Below are positions 12,153-25,183 of a DNA stretch of 64,000 nucleotides, piece by piece. This DNA comes from Hamiltosporidium tvaerminnensis FI-OER-3-3 (Eukaryota; Fungi; Microsporidia). Every line of letters begins with the position of its first letter. Positions within the stretch are counted from its first letter, which is position 1. Below the pieces are notes generated by a model. That model did not search any database, had not been told where the DNA came from, and was given only the letters and a program-made list of their open reading frames with translations. Location of the stretch: positions 620,001 to 684,000 of the forward strand of contig JAKIMF020000001.1 of the NCBI GenBank assembly GCA_022605425.2, read 5' to 3'. Position numbers and translations under genes: made by a program.

Positions 12153-12415
12153 TTGTTTTAAATTTTTTCTAAATTAGACTTTATTTATAGCAAAAATCAA
12201 TAAAATGCATCAAATCTAACCCAAAACAGTAAAATAACATTTAAATGTTTCATATTATAAACATTATACTTTCTAACTGTTTTGCATTTCACCTCAATTG
12301 CAGTCACATAAAAAACATTTTTTATTTAAACTATGTATTATAAAGCACACACCAACCCTTTTTTTAAAACTAAATTTTTAAAAAATCAAAAATTTTATTT
12401 TATCTTTAAAAGAAA

Positions 12416-13980
12416 CTCCTATTTAATAAAATTCTGGGTTAAAATATTTTTTAACATTTTTATATGTTTTCTTCTACCTCTTTAACCACTTTTGTCTCTT
12501 CTTCCAAATCCGACTCTTTATTTATGTTATTGGTCGGTTCCTCTAAAGTGGTTCCTCCTTGTGAAATAAAGGTTGCTTTATTTTTTGGTTTATAATTTTT
12601 TTGAACCATCTTCCCCTCTCTTCTCTTCTTTTAAATAAGGTTTTAATTCCTCATGCATCTCTGCTCTCATAATAACACCCATTGACGCTCTCTCCCAGCT
12701 CTCTTCGGCATTTAGTCCTGACTCAAGTCCTCTTCGTCGATCAAAGGAAATTGTTTCGACTGTTTTCTTAAGTACTATAGACTGAATGTATGCTTCTACA
12801 TTCATGGGTATTTCTAGTCTTTTAAGATGAGATTTATGGTATTTTGTCACAATACCGTCCCAGGTCATCACATAAGGGATTATCTCAACACTACACTTAT
12901 AAATAAGGCCCAACTCATTGGCTAGCAGGTCATACTTCCTAAGTTTTTCAGTTTCAACTATTTGAAGTGAATCTTGGGAAGTGATTCCTACTTCAATGAG
13001 TGTTATCTTATTCTTCTTCTTATCTAAAATAAATATGTCTGGTCTGTTATTCCGAATTTTAACATCAGTTTTAATTCTGGTGTCCACTCTTATCTCTGCA
13101 TACTCATTATCAAGAATTTCTTGAACTGAGTGGCTCCTTATTCGTTTTGAAGACTTAAACTTATATCTATTTAGTAGGAGAAGGTGTAGGCATCTAACCA
13201 CTTCATTATGCCGTCTAGTGTAATCATGGCCTAGCATTTTTTCACATCTAGTTGCTAGATGATCCACATTCTTACCAGACTTCCCGCAATGTTGACACAC
13301 ACCATCTGCTCCCCAGAATACATTTCTATCCTGGATATAGCAGAACACAGCTTCATTTCGTGGCCTAATATTTCCTCTCTTTAGCCATCTTGAAGAGTCA
13401 CTAACACTCACAAGCTCATTTTTCCTTGCATTATATAACTTTGAATGGAGTTTTCGTTTTTCTATTTCGTTATATAGTTTTGCAAGTTGAGCTTCTTCTA
13501 AACTTTTCTTAGTGACTTCTTCTGCCAACCTGTACTTTACTTTTAAGAAGCCTTTTATTAGTGCAAGATGGGTTTTATTATTATTCTCCACCTTGAGGAT
13601 TGCTGCTCGTCTAGTTGATATTTCTTTACTTTTTTCCAGACGATCCAAGAACTGCAGAAGCATATGTTCGCTTCGCAACTCAACACTATGTAGGCCTCTT
13701 CCAAGTTCTGTTCTAGGAAGATACAACCGCTCTTTACATCCTGGGCGGAGATGTATCTTATTTTTAACCAACACCGCACGCACTGCATCATCTAACTTAG
13801 AGAAGTCAGCCGGTTCAAGTCGAAGTACTCCTATGTGGTATTTGATTAACGATATCGCATGTTGATTGATTGCAGAACATAAATTTTTTGCGTTTAATCT
13901 AGGTTGACAAAGCCTTTCAACTCTTGATAAGAGTTTGCTTTGTACTTCTTCAAATGAGCTAGGTGTTGGAATTCCTCTGC
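12416..13980 (-). mobile_element. 5'-truncated copy of the RLE non-LTR retrotransposon
   Basis: Near-identical to 49433..50992; 15-bp TSD TATCTTTAAAAGAAA at 12401-12415 and 13981-13995; a 1-bp insertion near 12592 truncates the ORF. Confidence 0.95.
12590..13783 (-). pseudogene. RT thumb / CCHC / restriction-like endonuclease fragment
   Basis: CQHC..H...C, RHN, RPDI, EVG, KLRKY. Confidence 0.9.
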
Positions 13981-14510
13981 TATCTTTAAAAGAAAAATTT
14001 AATTAAGATAAATAATTATATTTTGAATCATATATGTATTTATTAATAGCTCGCTCCTTCTATACAGATGGAACACAATCCAATGATGAATCATAGCTTC
14101 GCCAAGTTATAGCTTTTCCAAAGACAATTTTCTTTTGGTTGATTAGGTTGTAAGCTTCATGTTAACTTTCCGAACGAAAGATAAAGAGCGTATCAACCGA
14201 GTATCGAACCAGAAAATTTTGTAGCAATTTCCTATATCCCCACCACTAGACCATTGGCAGCTTGAATCAAATATTACAGATTGAATTGCGAAATCTTTTA
14301 TATTTCAATTAATATTTTCAGTTAGAGTTATAAATAATTTACTTTCCAAAAATTTATTAATTTTCTTTTTATTATTTTAACATTAAACTTTTATTTCTTT
14401 CAGAGTTAATCTCTAAATCTATAAATTTCTACTTCAAATATTACAAATTACATTTCTATAATTGAGTAAATAAAAAATTAAATTATTTTTAATAAATTCA
14501 TTTAAAAGTA

Positions 14511-15220
14511 TCACATCTTTTTAAAACAGTCGCAAGTGTTATATTTGTTTTCATGACATTAACGTAGTTCCAGGTTTAACATAAGCAACTGCTACCCCAA
14601 CACTCCATTGGTACACCTTCCGATACCTAAATTCCAAATCCTTTGATCTAAAAGGTGTATAGAGCCTAATTAATAGGCTAGGCAGTTGCCTGGTGTTCGT
14701 TAATGTCCGTTGCAAGGAGTGTGATCTTAGGTTGAAACACACGTCGGGCTCTTCCAGGACTATGCAGTATTCATACTTATTCTACACTTTCTGAACCCAA
14801 TAAACCTATAGCCAAGATATATCATAAAGACTTACATAGAGTCAACCTAGACAGTGCAAGGCCATACCTACCAGTTAACCTGCTACCTAACTTTCCAGGC
14901 TTTAAAGTTTATTTATATTTTTTTCTCAGACGCTAAGTCTTCTAACCCGAGGTTCAAGGCTATTTTTTAATATTTTTGCATAGAAATCACACCAACTTAA
15001 GCTGTGGTCTACAAACTAGTTACACAGAAGACTACAAAATAGATTTTTAGAAAAAGTTTCGCCATTTCATAGACCTTCTCCTCCTTATAACAACTCCCAT
15101 GCAACAACCGAAGATATAGTGTGGGTTTATTCTCACAGAAAATCCAAAAATTATCCCCATCAATTTTACATATTCATTGACAAGCACAAAGTTTTTTTAT
15201 TTGTTTATCCTCCCCTCGTA
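14511..15220 (-). repeat. Dispersed ~700-bp family, copy A
   Basis: Colinear with 25184-25885, 54905-55610 and 20790-21468. Confidence 0.85.
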
Positions 15221-15592
15221 TATTATACATAAACACTTTTAATTTATTTATAAGAAAGTTTTAAAGGAATTTTTTTATAACATTTTCGGTTTCTAATACA
15301 AGTTATAAATTGTTACTAAAATATTTTTATCTTACAAAAAAAAACAAATAATCATAACTTTATAATCAAATAAAATTTTCAAATTTTAAAGACTTACAGC
15401 TCTTTAAACCACAGTTGTACAAATAGATTGTAAAATAAAACGAAAAATTTATAATTTAAGAAAATGTTTAAAATCAAGAGCTATATCTATATAAACTACA
15501 CTTCTGCAAATATATTGCAAAATACAATCAAAACTTTATAATCAAACACATTGATTAAATAAATTTATAAAGACATTACAATTATTAGTCCC

Positions 15593-16108
15593 ATGGATTT
15601 TATAAGCAACTTTTTTAAGAAAAAAAAGACACAAAATATTGACACACAATTTTCTTTAAAGAATATACGTGAAAATATAAGTAGATTGATGGTAGAAAAT
15701 GACAAAATAACCGAAGATCTTAAGAAAATGAACAATATGAAGTGTCAAGGGAAAGATATAATGATGTACAAAGTAAAACTTTTTAAAAATAATATGCAAT
15801 CACTTGAAAGACTTAAACATTTGGAAAATATGTATTTGGAGATTGAATTGACTAAATTACAGACAGAGACATATCAAGCCTTGGAGATATGTGCTAAAGA
15901 TTCTAAAAAAGTGTATGAAAACATAGATTTTGACCAAATCGAAGAAACTATGGATGTGATGGAACAAATGAAAGAAGAAATGTGTGATGTAAATTCTATT
16001 CTGTACGATGATTGTAATTATGTAAACGATTATGATTTAAAAGAAGAAATTGATGGTATAATTTCTAATGAATCGACCATTCATGATGACAAGGAAAATT
16101 TGAGTTAA
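15593..16108 (+). CDS. SNF7: ESCRT-III Snf7-family protein
   Basis: Basic N-terminus, TYQALE..AK..K.VYENIDFDQIEETMD, acidic C-terminus; CCC-ATG. Confidence 0.8.
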   Translation: MDFISNFFKKKKTQNIDTQFSLKNIRENISRLMVENDKITEDLKKMNNMKCQGKDIMMYKVKLFKNNMQSLERLKHLENMYLEIELTKLQTETYQALEICAKDSKKVYENIDFDQIEETMDVMEQMKEEMCDVNSILYDDCNYVNDYDLKEEIDGIISNESTIHDDKENLS

Positions 16109-16230
16109 AAAACGGGTTTTTTCAAATTATTTTAAGAAAATTTAGAATATTTCTATTCTATCTGACCTATATTTATGGCAAAACCTTAAATAAAAACACG
16201 ATTCCAAAGTTAGAATACATATTTTTTAAA

Positions 16231-16363
16231 TAAATGTCAAATTGCTATATCTTTAAAAATGTAAATGTCAAATTTCTATATCCTTAAAAATGTAAATGTC
16301 AAATTGCTATATCTTTAAAAATGTAAATGTCAAATTGCTATATCTTTAAAAATGTAATTGTCA
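16231..16363. repeat. 31-bp tandem repeat x4
   Basis: TAAATGTCAAATTGCTATATCTTTAAAAATG units. Confidence 0.9.
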
Positions 16364-17003
16364 CAGATATTTACTAGTATTAAAACAAAATAATTTTTTT
16401 AAACTAATTTGATCAGAATAAATAGTCTATAAAGTCTAAAAAACATTCCAATTCAATCAAAATATATCATTCAGTTTCACAAATTTATTCATCAAATAAT
16501 CCCTAAATTGTACTAAAATCAGAATTTATTTACATCTTAATACTAAAAAAAGAAACGAATGTATAAAAAACCATTTTTTTCTCTACATTATGGCCAAAAA
16601 ATTAAATTTAAAATATTAAAAAATTTATAAGAAGTTTACACAAACTTTCTAAAAAAAATATTGTTTCGTTCCAAATATCCTTAAAAACCATATTTTTCTA
16701 TAAATTTATAAAAAATTTAGAAATAAAAGATATAAATATCTAAGAAATCAATATTACTTAAAAAAATTCATAAATTTAGAAGTATAAAAGAATCTATTAA
16801 GAAGAGAGTAGAGTTTATTTTAAAAAATAAAAATACTTAATTTTAATATCAAAATTATTTACTTAAAAAATATAAAAAACACATACTTTTATAATATCAA
16901 AATTACTAAATTCAAAAATATCAAAAACACATACTTTTAAACATCAAAATTATTTACTTAAAAATTATAAAAATGATAATTTAATTATTACATCAGAATT
17001 CAT

Positions 17004-18200
17004 TTACTCTAAAAATTTATCAATAATGTCTTTTTTAACTTTTAAATAAATTTTTTCTTCTCCTTCATTTCTTTTATAGTTCTGTATTTCTTCAGTATTT
17101 AATTTTAATTTTATTTTAAAACTTATATCTTCAGGTTCAGATTTCCATCCTTTTCTTCTTTTAGATCGTGAAATATTATATTTTATTTCTCTTTCATTTA
17201 TTTCTTCTTCTTCATTTAATTTGTCCAAAAAAGTATGTAATTTATTAAAAATATAGCGATCTTCTTCTATTAAAAGAAGATCTACAATAATATCTGGTTC
17301 GAAATCTATTTCATCATAAAAATTTAACAAAATATTTTCAAACTCATCCATTAAATTTACAGTTCTATCTAGAAGAGTTGGATCTTCTCTAGAATTAAAA
17401 AATAGTAAATCTTCATACAGGGGTAGGCTGTATATGTGGTATGGCAATAAACACTCATATGCATGGTTTTCATTTATAAATGGATGTAAATCTGGATTTG
17501 TGAGTTGATATTGTTCTTTACAAAGAAAAGACAATATTTTTTCTCTTCGCTGTACCAAACAAGAAATATTTTCAAATATTTTATAATTGTACGCATCTGA
17601 CGGTGTAAATTGATCTTTGATTTCCGAAAATGGCAAATTTTCTTCATCTTTTTTATTTAAATTAAATTCTAAAGATTCGTAACTCTGATTATCAAAATAT
17701 TCGTATTTTACTAAATTTTTGCTTTTTTCTTCTTCCATTTCTTTTTTAGTTCGTCTTTTTCTCTTCAATTTTACTACATTTTCACCAGAAGTTTCTTCAA
17801 TCAATTTTGGTTTTGGTTTTCTTCCTCTCCTTTTTTTCTGAGAAACTTCTTGTTTTTGTTCAGTTTGATTTTCAATTTCTTTATCAGTATTATCACAATC
17901 TTTCTTAAAAGACTCTAAATCTATAAAATTACTTTTAGAAGACTCAGAAGAATTATTACATTCGGATGCTAGACTATTTGATGGCTTAAATCCCATTTCT
18001 TCTCCATTTTTATCTTTTTTTACTTTAATTATTTCTTTTTCAGAATTACTAAGTGATTTAAAGGGTTCTTTTTCTTTTTGTGGTTTGGAAGACATATTAT
18101 CAACTTTTGAAGGGATTTGACTATTTAAATCCAAATTACATTCTTCATATTTCGTTTTATGAGACATTCGTATTTCTTTTTTATTTTTATGCCCTTCCAT
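17004..18200 (-). CDS. AT-hook and GLTSCR1-domain chromatin protein (BICRA-like)
   Basis: KRRGRKPK AT-hook-like motif; NPDLHPF.N..HAYECLLPYHIY matches the GLTSCR1 motif; ATG at 18200 follows GGGGTGAAAAAA. Confidence 0.7.
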   Translation of the reverse strand: MEGHKNKKEIRMSHKTKYEECNLDLNSQIPSKVDNMSSKPQKEKEPFKSLSNSEKEIIKVKKDKNGEEMGFKPSNSLASECNNSSESSKSNFIDLESFKKDCDNTDKEIENQTEQKQEVSQKKRRGRKPKPKLIEETSGENVVKLKRKRRTKKEMEEEKSKNLVKYEYFDNQSYESLEFNLNKKDEENLPFSEIKDQFTPSDAYNYKIFENISCLVQRREKILSFLCKEQYQLTNPDLHPFINENHAYECLLPYHIYSLPLYEDLLFFNSREDPTLLDRTVNLMDEFENILLNFYDEIDFEPDIIVDLLLIEEDRYIFNKLHTFLDKLNEEEEINEREIKYNISRSKRRKGWKSEPEDISFKIKLKLNTEEIQNYKRNEGEEKIYLKVKKDIIDKFLE

Positions 18201-19213
18201 TTTTTTCACCCCCTTTTCTTATTTTTTTTATTAAATATTTTGTAAATACGTTGAAATGTCTATAAAACTAGAGAAATGATATTAAAAAAATAAATTTTTA
18301 AAGATTTTTAATTATTTGGTAAAGAATAAATATTTGTTAAAAACGAAATATTTATTATAGATTTGGTAGAGAATATAAATTCTTATAGACTTAGTAAAGA
18401 ATAAATATTTGTTAAAAAATAAATATTTATTATAGATTTGGTAGAGAATATAAATTCTTACAGACTTAGTAAAGAATAAATATTTATTATAGATTTATTA
18501 TAGATTTATTATAGATTGAATATAGATTTATTATAGGATTTATTATAGATTGAATATTAGATTTATTAATTATTTATTAAATTTTGTTAAAGAATATTAA
18601 TTTCTTATAGATTTAGTAAAGAATAATGGTTTATTTACAATTTATTAGTGATTTATTATTTATGAATCTTAGAAATATTTTTTAATTTTTTTTGGTTTAA
18701 AATTTATAAAAATTATAAAAGATTAGTAAATATTATAATTAAAAAGTCTGTTCTTTTATTCTGTTTATTAAAATATTTGTAATTTTTATTCAAAGTTTTA
18801 TATTTATTACTATTTTTGGAAATTTTTGTAGAAAAAATTTGTATTTAATTTATTAGGAAAAAGTGAAATTCAATAAAAAAAATGAACAGTTTTAAAATAA
18901 TTTATTTTGTATCAGAAATTATTTTTAAAAGAGTAAACAAATTAAAAGAATTTGAAATAAGATAATTTTAGGAGAAAAATATTTGAAAGAGGATAAGTTT
19001 AAAAGGAAAATTTTTAACGAGATATTGAAGAATTAACGAGATATTGAAGAGATATTTAAACCAGAAATTAAGAAAAGATATTAAGAAGAGATATTAAGAA
19101 GAGATACCAAGAAGAGATATTTAAAAGAGATATTAAGAAGAGGAATTTCTAACGGATAAATAAATTTATTTAAAATACATTTTATTTATAATTTAAAAAT
19201 AAATACTTTTGGT

Positions 19214-20194
19214 TTAATCGACAGTAAAAAACTTTGTAGCATATGTTTCACCATCTAAGAGAGGCAAGGATTGTGGTTCAAGTTCTTGTTTTCGGTTTTG
19301 AGAAATTTGTACTTTGTTTTTAATTCTGATTGGTAAACTTCTGTGAAATTTGACAAAAATATAAAGAAAATATTCAACATAATAATTATTTTCTTTATAA
19401 CTCGAAGAAGGAACTATTGATGGTATTCTAAGTTTTGATGTAATAGAATTTTTACTTGAAATAGTATTTTCACTATTTTTTGCAATAAATTTTACATGAG
19501 AAATAAATTTTCCGTTAATATTTGCTTCTATACATTGATATAGATGTACTTCTATGTCATTTATAGTATCTTTTATATCTTTTTTGGTGTTTATTTCTGA
19601 TCTTAGAAATATATTTTCACCTGAAAAATATATATTTTTGTCGACCCACGTTTTTAAAAAATAAAGTTTTTGAAAAATAAAAAAACACGAACAAATTTCT
19701 ACTTTTGTGATTTCTTCTTGTTTGATATCATTGTATTCTGTTATAAATAGATTTTTTTTGGCACTAAGAATTGGTTTATAAACATCAAATACCTTTAAAG
19801 ATGCTTCAAATATATATTTAGTAACAATCTGATAATTAATATTTTCAGTTATTTGACATATTTCATTTGATGCTCCATCATTTTCACTTACTTGCATTTT
19901 AAATGGAAATTTATGATGTCCACTGAACATCTTTTTTACTTCTGAAGTTCTGTCAAGAATGTTTATTCGTTTTTCATAAATTATTTCGTTATCTAAATTT
20001 TTTATTTTTTTGCTTTTTTCTAAATTACTTTCTAAATCGGTATAATTGGAATATAAAATTTTATAAAAACGTAATTCTATTCTTTGTACATCTAAAGGTT
20101 CTGATATTTTTAAATTAATAATTCCATTTATAAAATCTGTTGAAGCATATATCTTCTTATCTAATGAAATATAAAAATGTGGTTCTTTTTTCAT
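19214..20194 (-). CDS. Alpha-arrestin family protein
   Basis: ISLDKKIY...INGIINLKI, GHHKFPFKM, DKNIYFSGE, LRIPS.VPSS, VEYFLYIFV; first ATG at 20194. Confidence 0.8.
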   Translation of the reverse strand: MKKEPHFYISLDKKIYASTDFINGIINLKISEPLDVQRIELRFYKILYSNYTDLESNLEKSKKIKNLDNEIIYEKRINILDRTSEVKKMFSGHHKFPFKMQVSENDGASNEICQITENINYQIVTKYIFEASLKVFDVYKPILSAKKNLFITEYNDIKQEEITKVEICSCFFIFQKLYFLKTWVDKNIYFSGENIFLRSEINTKKDIKDTINDIEVHLYQCIEANINGKFISHVKFIAKNSENTISSKNSITSKLRIPSIVPSSSYKENNYYVEYFLYIFVKFHRSLPIRIKNKVQISQNRKQELEPQSLPLLDGETYATKFFTVD

Positions 20195-20789
20195 ATTAAT
20201 TATTTGATCTCTACTTTTCAAAAATTCTCCTTTAAATTTCTTATCAATTAAAAGAACCAATAAAATTTAAATATTTATTGACCAAATATTTGTAAACATT
20301 TTTTAAAAAAACCGAAAAAAATAATCTTCTAACTAATATACTTAATTACTGATTTAAATATTCTAAGAAAAATAAATTATATTTTTTTTAGAAAATACAT
20401 CTCTAACCAATTTATAAGTTCATTGGTTCAAATATTATTTATAGGAATTGTATTTGTGGTTTTTTTAAATGACTAAAAGAATAAATTTGGCATCTAATTT
20501 TTAGTAAATAACTTATTTGAATATTATTTATAATTATTTTAAACATTTTTCCAAAGATATTAATAATTTTTAGCAGAAATTTCAAAAGATGTATTAAAAT
20601 GTATTCAATTTGTTACTTTAGTCGTGAAATTAATTCTTTGGATTATAAACCTATAGAAATTATTGATACTTTTGGAAGATAAAATTGTGACTAAAAACAT
20701 GCTCAAACATTGTGAAATAATCTAACATAAAATTATAATATGAACTTAAACCAGCGATTGATAAAGCAAAGACAAAAAAAAATAAATTT

Positions 20790-21468
20790 CCTTTGATACG
20801 AATCCTATCTTTTCATTATTCAACAGAGTTCTAGATTAAAAATTATAACCGTTTCCCTAAAACTCATCGGTACCTCTAAAGATATCTAGATTTCAAAGAT
20901 TTATAAAGATGCTTAAAATACATCAAATTAACCTGTGATTGCTCATAATCTGGTATTTCAAATGGCATAATGTGTAATCACAATAGAAACCTGGCATGCG
21001 CTTTATAACACAGGCGGTATTCCGACTTAAGCTACACTTTTTGAACCGAGTAGACTTGAATCCAAGAAATAACTCGAAAGCATACATTTTTTCCACCTAG
21101 GCGTTGAAATGCCATTAAACTAATATAGCCTGCCACTTGGTATTCCTGGATTTTTAAAAAGTATGGTTTCTTCGTTCTTCAGTACGTTAGTCTTCTAATT
21201 CAAATGAGCAAGGCCAAGGTTTAAGCCTTTGCACGAAAACTATCTATAACTTCAATCTCAGTTTTTTTACATAAAGAACTTCAAAAAGATTTGTAAAAAA
21301 TGTTTCGCTTTTCGTATACGTTTTCCTTCCATTCAAATCTCTATGTAACAACAGAATATTAGTGAGATTTTTGTTGCGAAAAACTCAACCAAATATTTCG
21401 TGCAACAATTTTACATATCTATTGCTAAAAAGATGGCTTTTTGTGTGGTTATCCTTCCTCCACTAATC
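20790..21468 (-). repeat. Dispersed ~700-bp family, copy D (diverged)
   Basis: Shares blocks CTACACTTTYTGAACC, CCTGCYAC, AGTCTTCTAA..CAAGGC and CATCGGTA with copies A/B. Confidence 0.7.
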
Positions 21469-21719
21469 TATTTTCTACAAAAAATAAAATGAGTAGCGTA
21501 ATTTTTTAATACGCAGTATAAAAATGAAGATTAAAATTGTGAACAGTAAACATGTGATATATTTCTTGGAAATTATTTCATACTAATTGAAAAAAAATTT
21601 ACCAAAGAAATAATAAAACGCCTTAAAGAATATAAAGTTTAATTTGGTAAATTAAATGAATAAGTAATTTGAAAATATAACTATATCTAAAGAGATTATG
21701 AAGTTAGAAAGAAATACAC

Positions 21720-22194
21720 TCAGAAATTTGAAACTCCCAATTTGAGTACAAAACCATTCCCTAGACTTGATTGAAATTTATTCCTAAATATGATTCAAAT
21801 TCTATAAGGTTTATACCTCGTAAAATCTCCTCGTATTTTTCGCTCGATTCTTCGGTAAATATAGCAGCAATTTTCAGAAACTTTAGATTTCTAAAATACA
21901 AAATTGAAATTAATTCCAGATTGGTAAATTGATATACATAAATATGTAATTTAAATACAGTTTCCTTTATATTTGATTGTAGTATTTGTTGTAAAATATT
22001 ATCTTTTAAATCATTTTTGTAAATACATAATTTTAAATTTGTAAGTGATTTTAAATTTGCAATAATATTAAGATCTTCTTGATATAAAAATTCCGAATCG
22101 TAAACAAGTTTTTCGATTGAATATAAATCAAAAAAAAACGTAAAGACATATAAAATGCTATATAAAGACTGAATTTTTACATTCGACTTTGTTT
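21720..22194 (-). pseudogene. Frameshifted C-terminal continuation of the LRR gene at 22195..24120
   Basis: Encodes FFFDLYSIEKLVYDSEFLYQEDL..SNIKETVF..FTNLELISIL, homologous to the paralog C-terminus. Confidence 0.8.
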
Positions 22195-24120
22195 TTATAT
22201 TCTAAATGACTCAATCTGGGCAATGATACACATTTTTCTGAGGTTATAAATATTCAAATTAATTAATTTGTCTTCAAAACCAAAATTTTTACGCTTTGTA
22301 TTTGAAATGAAAATTAAATTGAGCAAAAGATGTTCTAAGCTCATAAATCTATTGATGAAATAAAAGAAATGAGCGTTCAAAAAGTTTTTTAAATCTAAAA
22401 ATTCTATACGAATGACTGATTTGTTAGTAATTTCTAAATCATTACTGTTAATTTTCTCATCAAATTCAAATGACTTAAATAGAATAAATTTCAATTTTTC
22501 AGATCTTAATAGAATAACTAAAAGCTCAATAGTCAAGTTTACATTCAAAATATATAATTTATTTAGAAATATAAACGATTCTAAAAATTTATAGTTTTTT
22601 AAGCATTTATATTTAAGTCTTTTAAAATCCAATTTTAAACGAGTTATATAGTCAAAATTAAATATTTTTTCGAAATCAAATAGTATATAAGAGCGTCTAC
22701 ATAACCTTAAATTGATTCCATTTATATAATTATAGAAATTATATGACAAAAAGTTTTCTAATTCATTTTTGGAATCTGATATCATCAATTTATTAGATAA
22801 ATCAATCTTAAGATTTTTTAAATTTCCTACAAATGAATTGATAGAGGTTTTAGATTCTAGATCAACATGATCAAATAATTTTATTTTTACAATTTTTATA
22901 GATTGAAACGAAGTAATTTTTTCCAAACTAATTATTTCATCAACTTTAATTTTTCTTAAAATCAATGTAAGTTTGTCGAGACTCTTTAAAAATCCCAATA
23001 TTTTGACAACATGTTTTGTAAAACAAAAAAATATGAGTTTTAATCTTTGAATTAAGTCAAAATAGTTAATTTCATTCAATATATCAAATAATGGTAAATA
23101 ATCATCATAAATTAAGAATGAAGCCTTTTTTACGTTTTTTGGAAATGAGGAAGCGACTAAATCCAGATTTAAATCGTCTGAAAGAATAACGAGATCTACA
23201 TAGAATTTATCAATATAAAAAATTCTTATCATGATTTTCCATATTTCATAAAATTTTAAATTTAATAAATGATTATGAAAATGAAATTCGAATTCTTCGA
23301 TCTGTAAGCTAATAAAGTTTTTAACTAATTTATATTTCTTGTACAGCCTGATTCGACTAGAAACTACCATTGGATTATATTTATGAAAAAGTTCATAGAT
23401 AAACTTCTTTGATAATAAATAAAATTTGAAGAAACACTCTATCACATCACGAACGTGTAAATTGTTATATTCTCTGTGACATAAACAAAAAATAGCTGAA
23501 ATTCGTGCAAAATAGTCTTCGTTAAACATTATCGAATGAAAAACCAGCGATTTTATGAATATTTTATATTGATTATTTCTATTTACTCTGAAAATATTAC
23601 AATATTTTAAAAATTCGAAAAAAACAACTGGCTCAATTTTCATAGTACATTCATTAGTTTCTAATAGTTTAAGGAAGCATATAAACATCCTATAATCAGT
23701 TTTTTCAATATATATCGAGACTTCTTCTTTCTTTTCAATGAGTTTTTCATTAAAAAATTCAAATTCTAGAAATATATCATTCGGATATGAAAATTGAAAC
23801 ATGTTAGTAGAATTATATGAAGTTAAATATCTCTTAAAACAATTTTCTTGAGTACTGTGAAGTAGCGTACATGTTTTCATGCATAAAAAATGTACATCTT
23901 GATAATCTTGTAAAGAGCTGAATTCTTTATTCTCATCAATCTCTAAAATTTTCACGTTTAATCTACATATATGAATTTTAGAGAATAGAATTGCAAAAAC
24001 CGAAAAACGAATGTATGAAACCATAAAGATATTCAAATAATACATTGAACACTCTAAGGCACAACCAACACTAAATCTGATTCTTTTATTTTCTGTATCA
24101 ATAGTATTCATTTTGTACAT
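22195..24120 (-). CDS. Lineage-specific LRR-like protein, paralog 1 (frameshift-truncated)
   Basis: Hydrophobic N-region, BTB-like block, LxxLxL repeats; paralog of 35627..38044. Confidence 0.8.
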   Translation of the reverse strand: MYKMNTIDTENKRIRFSVGCALECSMYYLNIFMVSYIRFSVFAILFSKIHICRLNVKILEIDENKEFSSLQDYQDVHFLCMKTCTLLHSTQENCFKRYLTSYNSTNMFQFSYPNDIFLEFEFFNEKLIEKKEEVSIYIEKTDYRMFICFLKLLETNECTMKIEPVVFFEFLKYCNIFRVNRNNQYKIFIKSLVFHSIMFNEDYFARISAIFCLCHREYNNLHVRDVIECFFKFYLLSKKFIYELFHKYNPMVVSSRIRLYKKYKLVKNFISLQIEEFEFHFHNHLLNLKFYEIWKIMIRIFYIDKFYVDLVILSDDLNLDLVASSFPKNVKKASFLIYDDYLPLFDILNEINYFDLIQRLKLIFFCFTKHVVKILGFLKSLDKLTLILRKIKVDEIISLEKITSFQSIKIVKIKLFDHVDLESKTSINSFVGNLKNLKIDLSNKLMISDSKNELENFLSYNFYNYINGINLRLCRRSYILFDFEKIFNFDYITRLKLDFKRLKYKCLKNYKFLESFIFLNKLYILNVNLTIELLVILLRSEKLKFILFKSFEFDEKINSNDLEITNKSVIRIEFLDLKNFLNAHFFYFINRFMSLEHLLLNLIFISNTKRKNFGFEDKLINLNIYNLRKMCIIAQIESFRI

Positions 24121-25183
24121 GGTTTCATCTTTTAATAGACAAATTAAATATAAATTAAGAAAAAAAATATGCGATAAATAACTATTAAATATATATTTAT
24201 CGTAAATTTATTAATCAAATTATATTAAAACAAAACGGAGCGTAAATAGAAATTAATACTGGCAAAACCTTAGCTTATATTTCTTCTAGAATTATTACTC
24301 AATACTATATGCCTAGATTTACGGTCATTGATCTTCTTAGAAGTTAGTTTTTCCAAATTCCGTTTAAACTTCATCATTGTATTTATTTTATTTATATTTC
24401 AAAGACGAATAACTGCAGTTTGAATTTCAAAATTCTTTTTCAAAAATATCATTAATACTCATCTTTGAGCATTAGATATTCAAATTATAAATTGATTCTG
24501 TTGATAATTTACAACTTTAGAATAAAATTTCTATAAATAGTTATGGTCTAATATTTATATATAAACATAAAAACAAATCAATTATTTTGTATTATGTTAT
24601 TCATTACATAATATAGGTAAATTATTTTTTTAAAACTCCAAAAAATATTATTATTAGAAATATATTTGTTTTTCCAAGATATTTTGGTAATAAGCATATT
24701 TAAAGACTTAAGATAGGTTTTACTAGTATGTAAGTTTAATTTATTGTGATTTTAAATTATTCTTATTAATTTTTTTATTTTATTAGAAATAAAATGTTCA
24801 CGAAATTTTTATATTTTTTTCTATCAAAATTTGCAGTGAAAATGAAAATTTTCAAGCCAAAGATCATTCGAGGTTAAATTGTAAGTAATAAACCAGTAAC
24901 TTTGTATTTTCAATGGTATTTTACAAATAATTGACCTTTAGATTATTTTAATGAAACCATAGACCAATGATATATCAACACTTTAAATAGTAAAATTCAA
25001 TCCAAAATTAATTGGTCAAAAGTTATTATTAGTCTATTTATATATGAACCTCTTTAAATAAACGAATACTGGGATAAACCAGAAAAGAAATATAATAATT
25101 GTAAAAATTTTACGAATTTAAAAGAGCTATATTATATTTGTCTAAATTAGATCGTTTAGCACTTCATAATATTTATAAAAAAA

